Positions 60,051 through 64,000 of a stretch of DNA of 64,000 bases are shown piece after piece. The translations under genes were made by a program, and so were the position numbers. This DNA comes from Macrostomum lignano (lineage: Eukaryota), in contig NIVC01003158.1 in assembly GCA_002269645.1 (NCBI GenBank), positions 1 through 64,000 of the forward strand. Reading direction: 5' to 3'. How positions within the stretch are numbered: the stretch's first letter is position 1; each line of letters starts with the position of its first letter. The notes under the pieces were generated by a model. It worked only from the letters and a program-made list of their open reading frames with translations. It did no database searches and was not told where the DNA came from.

Positions 60051-60974
60051 AAGATTGATACATTGTCGAAGAGCAATTTCAATCTAATCCCGGCTGGAAT
60101 GCGGTTTTGAAGTTAATTTGAAAGTAGATACCGCTATCTCAATGTTTTTCCTCCTTGATAGGCTCGATGCAGCAGGGAATGGGGAATTATGCAGGTCGCG
60201 GGGCTCTCTTGTGGTGCACATCATACAGAAATTTATTTAGAAGTATTGTTACTGCTATTATTATTTTGTACAATTCGGCTCATACATGTACTCGGTGGTC
60301 TTCCACTCTGGTCCTCAGCTTCTATTATGCCCTTGAGACATCCGAACTCACTACTCACATTTCATACCCCGTCTCTTAGTAAATAAGTAAGTAGACAGAC
60401 AGAAGCAAACGATTTGAATAGCTGAATAACTTTCCCTAAACTTGGCCTTAATCGCTAGAAGGCTGTGACTTGCTCTTGACCTCCGTTACCATGCACGGCA
60501 ACCCTGGTTGATGACGTCACCTGTCAGCCGCTCTGTGATTGGACGAGAAACTGGTGTGAAGCGCAGCGGAGAAAATGATTTATGATGGATGATTGTACGT
60601 AACAGGCAGGAGAGATACATATGTAGGGGGTCATAAAACGATCACACACATGAAATGATTTCGAATGATAGAAAAGAGGTGAGGTTGGTGCACGAGGGAG
60701 TGGGGTGGGTAATAAGCACGAGTAGCCGTGATGACTCGTTGGGATGAGTCAACATCACGGGGGCGCAGAATCACAGAGAAAGAGGGAAGCTTGTACATTT
60801 ATAATAATACTCGTACATGTACAGGGCTTGTTCGTGATCTTGTTCATGTACATGTAGTTATGCTGGGTCTTAATGGAGTTTGATGTCATTGCACGTATGT
60901 ATGTAGTGAGTCGCTAGTTTTGTTAGGCGCCGCACTAATCAGTTGTCTCCTGCACTCGCCCTGCTGGGCTCCTG

Positions 60975-61090
60975 TCTGTCGCTGGGCAGTTGCCCGTGTC
61001 CCCTTCCTGTCCTCGTTTGCCCCCTTTCTGTCCTCGTGTGCCCTCTTCCTGTCCCCGTTTGCCCTTGTCTTCTCGTGCTCTCCTTTTGCA
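60975..61090. repeat. Degenerate pyrimidine-rich tandem repeat
   Basis: Repeated TGTCCCC/TTCCTGTCCTCG units. Confidence 0.6.
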
Positions 61091-63099
61091 GTGCCCAGTC
61101 AGCTTGGTCTGGCCTGCCTCTGTTTCGTTCTCGGTTTGGCACTTCCATTATTTTTGGAGAGGCCTCTTTGTTTTCCTGTCCCAAGGTCAACTAGTGGCTT
61201 CACTAGGGGGCCCTTCCCCCTCTTTCCCCTTGTCATGTGAGCCAGTGACAGAGCCCTTTTCCTTCTTTTTAGTCCAAAGTGCAATCAATGATCTGCAGTT
61301 TAGTCCAAAGTTCTGCAATTGCCATATTTCCCCCATTGTTCTCAGCTCTCATCCTAAACCCAGACCTCTGAGTCTGCTCTGATGATAACACCGTTGTCCC
61401 AGCCGACCCCCCCCGAGCTCGGCAGGATCTGCTGCCTATTAGTCTGAAATCGCAAATCTGCCTGAAGTGCTGTGTTCGCTCGTCTTTGTTATTTCGTTCC
61501 GACGGGATCCTCACGAAGGCAGGAAGGGACTGGTGGCAGCAACTACCAATGCTACTTAAGTAGGCTCCTGGCAAGACAGAGCCTGAGACAACCCATGCAA
61601 GAGCTCTGTGCCAGCACAACCTGAAAACCACAGGTACTTCATTGGCGGCAGCGGTGGGATACCAAGACCTGCCAGGCCACCTCGAGACCACACCTGTCGA
61701 GGAAACAACAGCCACTATCACTTCACGTACAATATGATTTTATTTCGTTGGATTGATTTTGTTTTTGAGCAATTTTTGGCCATTTTTGGGTGTCAGACTC
61801 AGCTGGCAGCTACTTGTACATCTGAATTTTAAAATCAAAATGGTATCATTTTGATCAGCGGGCATAAACTTTTGCCTAAAAAATTAAAACTAGCGAACCA
61901 TTGAGTCCTACTTGGCGAAAGAAACTAGATGTACATGTATCCTGCTGGGACGCTTCGCGCTTTATGGTTAAGCCGAAAAGGATCACTAGCCACACTTTAG
62001 ACAAGGACTACTTATACATGTACACTTGAAGGACGCAACACCTGCAAATCGTGCAAAAATAGTTGAAGGCCGATTATTAAAATGTCTGTATCTCCGAATC
62101 GGTTGCATGTAGGTTACTTTTTTCGACAGATTGTTCAGATTTTTGTATGCAAGCACGTTTACTGCGTACAGGAATGACTTTTGAGCACGCTAATTGAGAT
62201 AATTGAGATTGAGCAATGGGCAAAAGGGTTGCTGATCACAAGCATGGTTGATTTTGATAACTATTGCGAGTTTTGCGAGATTCGAGAGATGATGAGAGAA
62301 GATAAGAAATCAATCAGGGCTCAAAGTGTTAGGTAATAAAAAAGCTATAAAATCCTTAAAGGCATAATTTTTTGCAAGTTGCGTAATCTCGGTGAGTATG
62401 CTGCATGCACATCGCATCTCTACTGCTACTGTTAATCATATTGTACGCGTACATGGACTAATCTTAGTGTTTAGAAGCTGAAAACCGAGGAGGGCTGGGC
62501 GGCTTCTACCTAGCTCCTACGTACAGGGCAGGGCGCAGCAGAATCTCACCCAGCCAGCAAGTTTGACACAAAGGCTCTTAAAATGGCTCTTCTCTTCAGC
62601 GCTTCAACCTTGGCTGTCTGACTCAGCCTTGTGCGCTCAGTTTATGTACATTTAGCTGTGCGCTTTCCTGCTCTCCTCTCTCCCCTCAGTGCCTGCCATC
62701 TCTTATCGGCCTCTTAAACTAGCAGTAGCAGCAGCTCAAATAGACTAAACTGGAGCGGAATACCCTGCGTGCGAACTTGCTTTGCCTCAACTATTTACAG
62801 TAAACCTATGAGAATACAGCATTAACAGCATTTGTCGGTTAAAAAATTACGATTAGCTAAAACAACAGTGTTGCCTTATGCGGCTATTTGATGCTGCAAC
62901 TGCAGAGCCGTGTCCTGACTGCTCATCCGCAACTGCAGTAGAATGTCTGCGAGCGTATCTCAAATTTCTGTGGTCTTTCGTCTGCTTGGAGTTTTTGTCT
63001 TGATTGTAAGATTTCATCTTGATAAAATATTTGTTTCGAATAGCTTTTTTCTGCGAAATTCGAATTGATTTCCAGAGAGTAAAGTTAAGACTACGAGTA

Positions 63100-63215
63100 G
63101 CAATTTTCTCTTCTCTCCTCTCTCCCCTCTTTTCTCTCTCTTCTCTCCCCTCCACTCTCCCCTCTTCTTTCGCCTCTCTCCACTCTCCTCTCCCCTTCTC
63201 CCCTTTTCCCCTTTC
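63100..63215. repeat. (CT)-rich low-complexity tract
   Basis: Read directly. Confidence 0.75.
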
Positions 63216-63254
63216 GCGAAAAGGGAAATCCGGGGTCCATGAGCATTGCCCGCC

Positions 63255-63660
63255 TAGCTTTTCCCGCCGAGGTTTGCCCGCAATGCTTTTTTCCTGCAGC
63301 GCGTTTAGCCACGCGGCAGATTCTGTCTGCTGCATCGCCCCCTAGTGCTTACTTAGTAAGTCTTAATAAAGTCGTAAAGAGATTACCCGATCAAAACGTC
63401 TTGATAGTAACTTACTAACGTACCAAATGCTTATTTTTCTTGTAGCTTTTAATTTCTATATGCATGTAGATGGCGCATCGGTGAGCTATTAACTCATGCA
63501 TACGCCATGTCGCTTTGTCCTCAAAATCTGTTTATTAAGACTTACCGAGCATTAAGAGGCGATGCAGACAGAATCTGCCACGGGGCTAAATGCGCTGCAG
63601 GAAAAAAAGCATTGCGGGCAATTCTCGTACTACCCGGCGGAGGAAAGTTTCGGCAAAACT
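63255..63660. mobile_element. Foldback MITE with ~100-bp inverted arms
   Basis: GCCCGCAATGCTTTTTTCCTGCAGCGCGTTTAGCC...GCAGATTCTGTCTGCTGCATCGCC mirrored by GGCGATGCAGACAGAATCTGCC...GGCTAAATGCGCTGCAGGAAAAAAAGCATTGCGGGC. Confidence 0.7.
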
Positions 63661-64000
63661 TCAGTTTCAATCTCTGAAGTGTGCTCTTTCTAGACAGTTT
63701 TGATGGGATTTTACTCGACCTAATTTGTCCATGGCGAAACTGCAAATCTTTGAAAAAATCCGTTTGGAAAACAGAACTGTATTTCGAGTGCTGCCGCTAT
63801 CCAAAAGTACTTTTCATTTTTTCTCCACCGATGGGAGATTACTTAATATGTATTCCAATTCATACTGTTCCGCACTCAAACATGTACCCGCGAAATTTTC
63901 TCCAACCCAGCTGGTGGTGGCGCTGGTGTTTCACCTTGTTCCGTCATCGCCGAGTGCCGACAGCTTCACGGAGACCGGCGACCCACACCCGCTGGCCCCC

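Overview
Animal (eukaryotic) genomic DNA; GC-rich exons, AT-rich introns and the repeat landscape suggest an invertebrate such as a free-living flatworm (host identity is inference only). Positions 1014-17169 are a complete 16,156-bp Polinton/Maverick (adintovirus-like endogenous dsDNA virus) with AGTAG...CTACT ends, ~680-690-bp terminal inverted repeats and a perfect 6-bp target-site duplication (AAATCG). It encodes pPolB, rve integrase, double-jelly-roll major capsid, penton, A32-like packaging ATPase, adenain protease, an AAV-like PLA2, an adenovirus pX-like core protein and further putative membrane-active proteins. Many ORFs are split by single-base indels that look like long-read errors. 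The most striking unexplained structure is regulatory: (i) a terminal gene with a GT-AG intron that fuses two ORFs in frame sits behind a perfect four-pentamer heat-shock element and a TATA box, and (ii) five core viral genes have a T-tract+AG splice-acceptor-like signal 5-8 nt before their ATG. The rest of the window holds host genes (EXOSC8/RRP43, a CLOCK-like bHLH-PAS gene, RPL23A with a 7.7-kb MITE-filled intron, an intronless FkbM-family methyltransferase), minisatellites, MITEs, SINEs, decayed Gypsy and non-LTR retrotransposons, and a 1.3-kb inverted-repeat element carrying a 28S rRNA fragment whose homing/R2 target core is altered.
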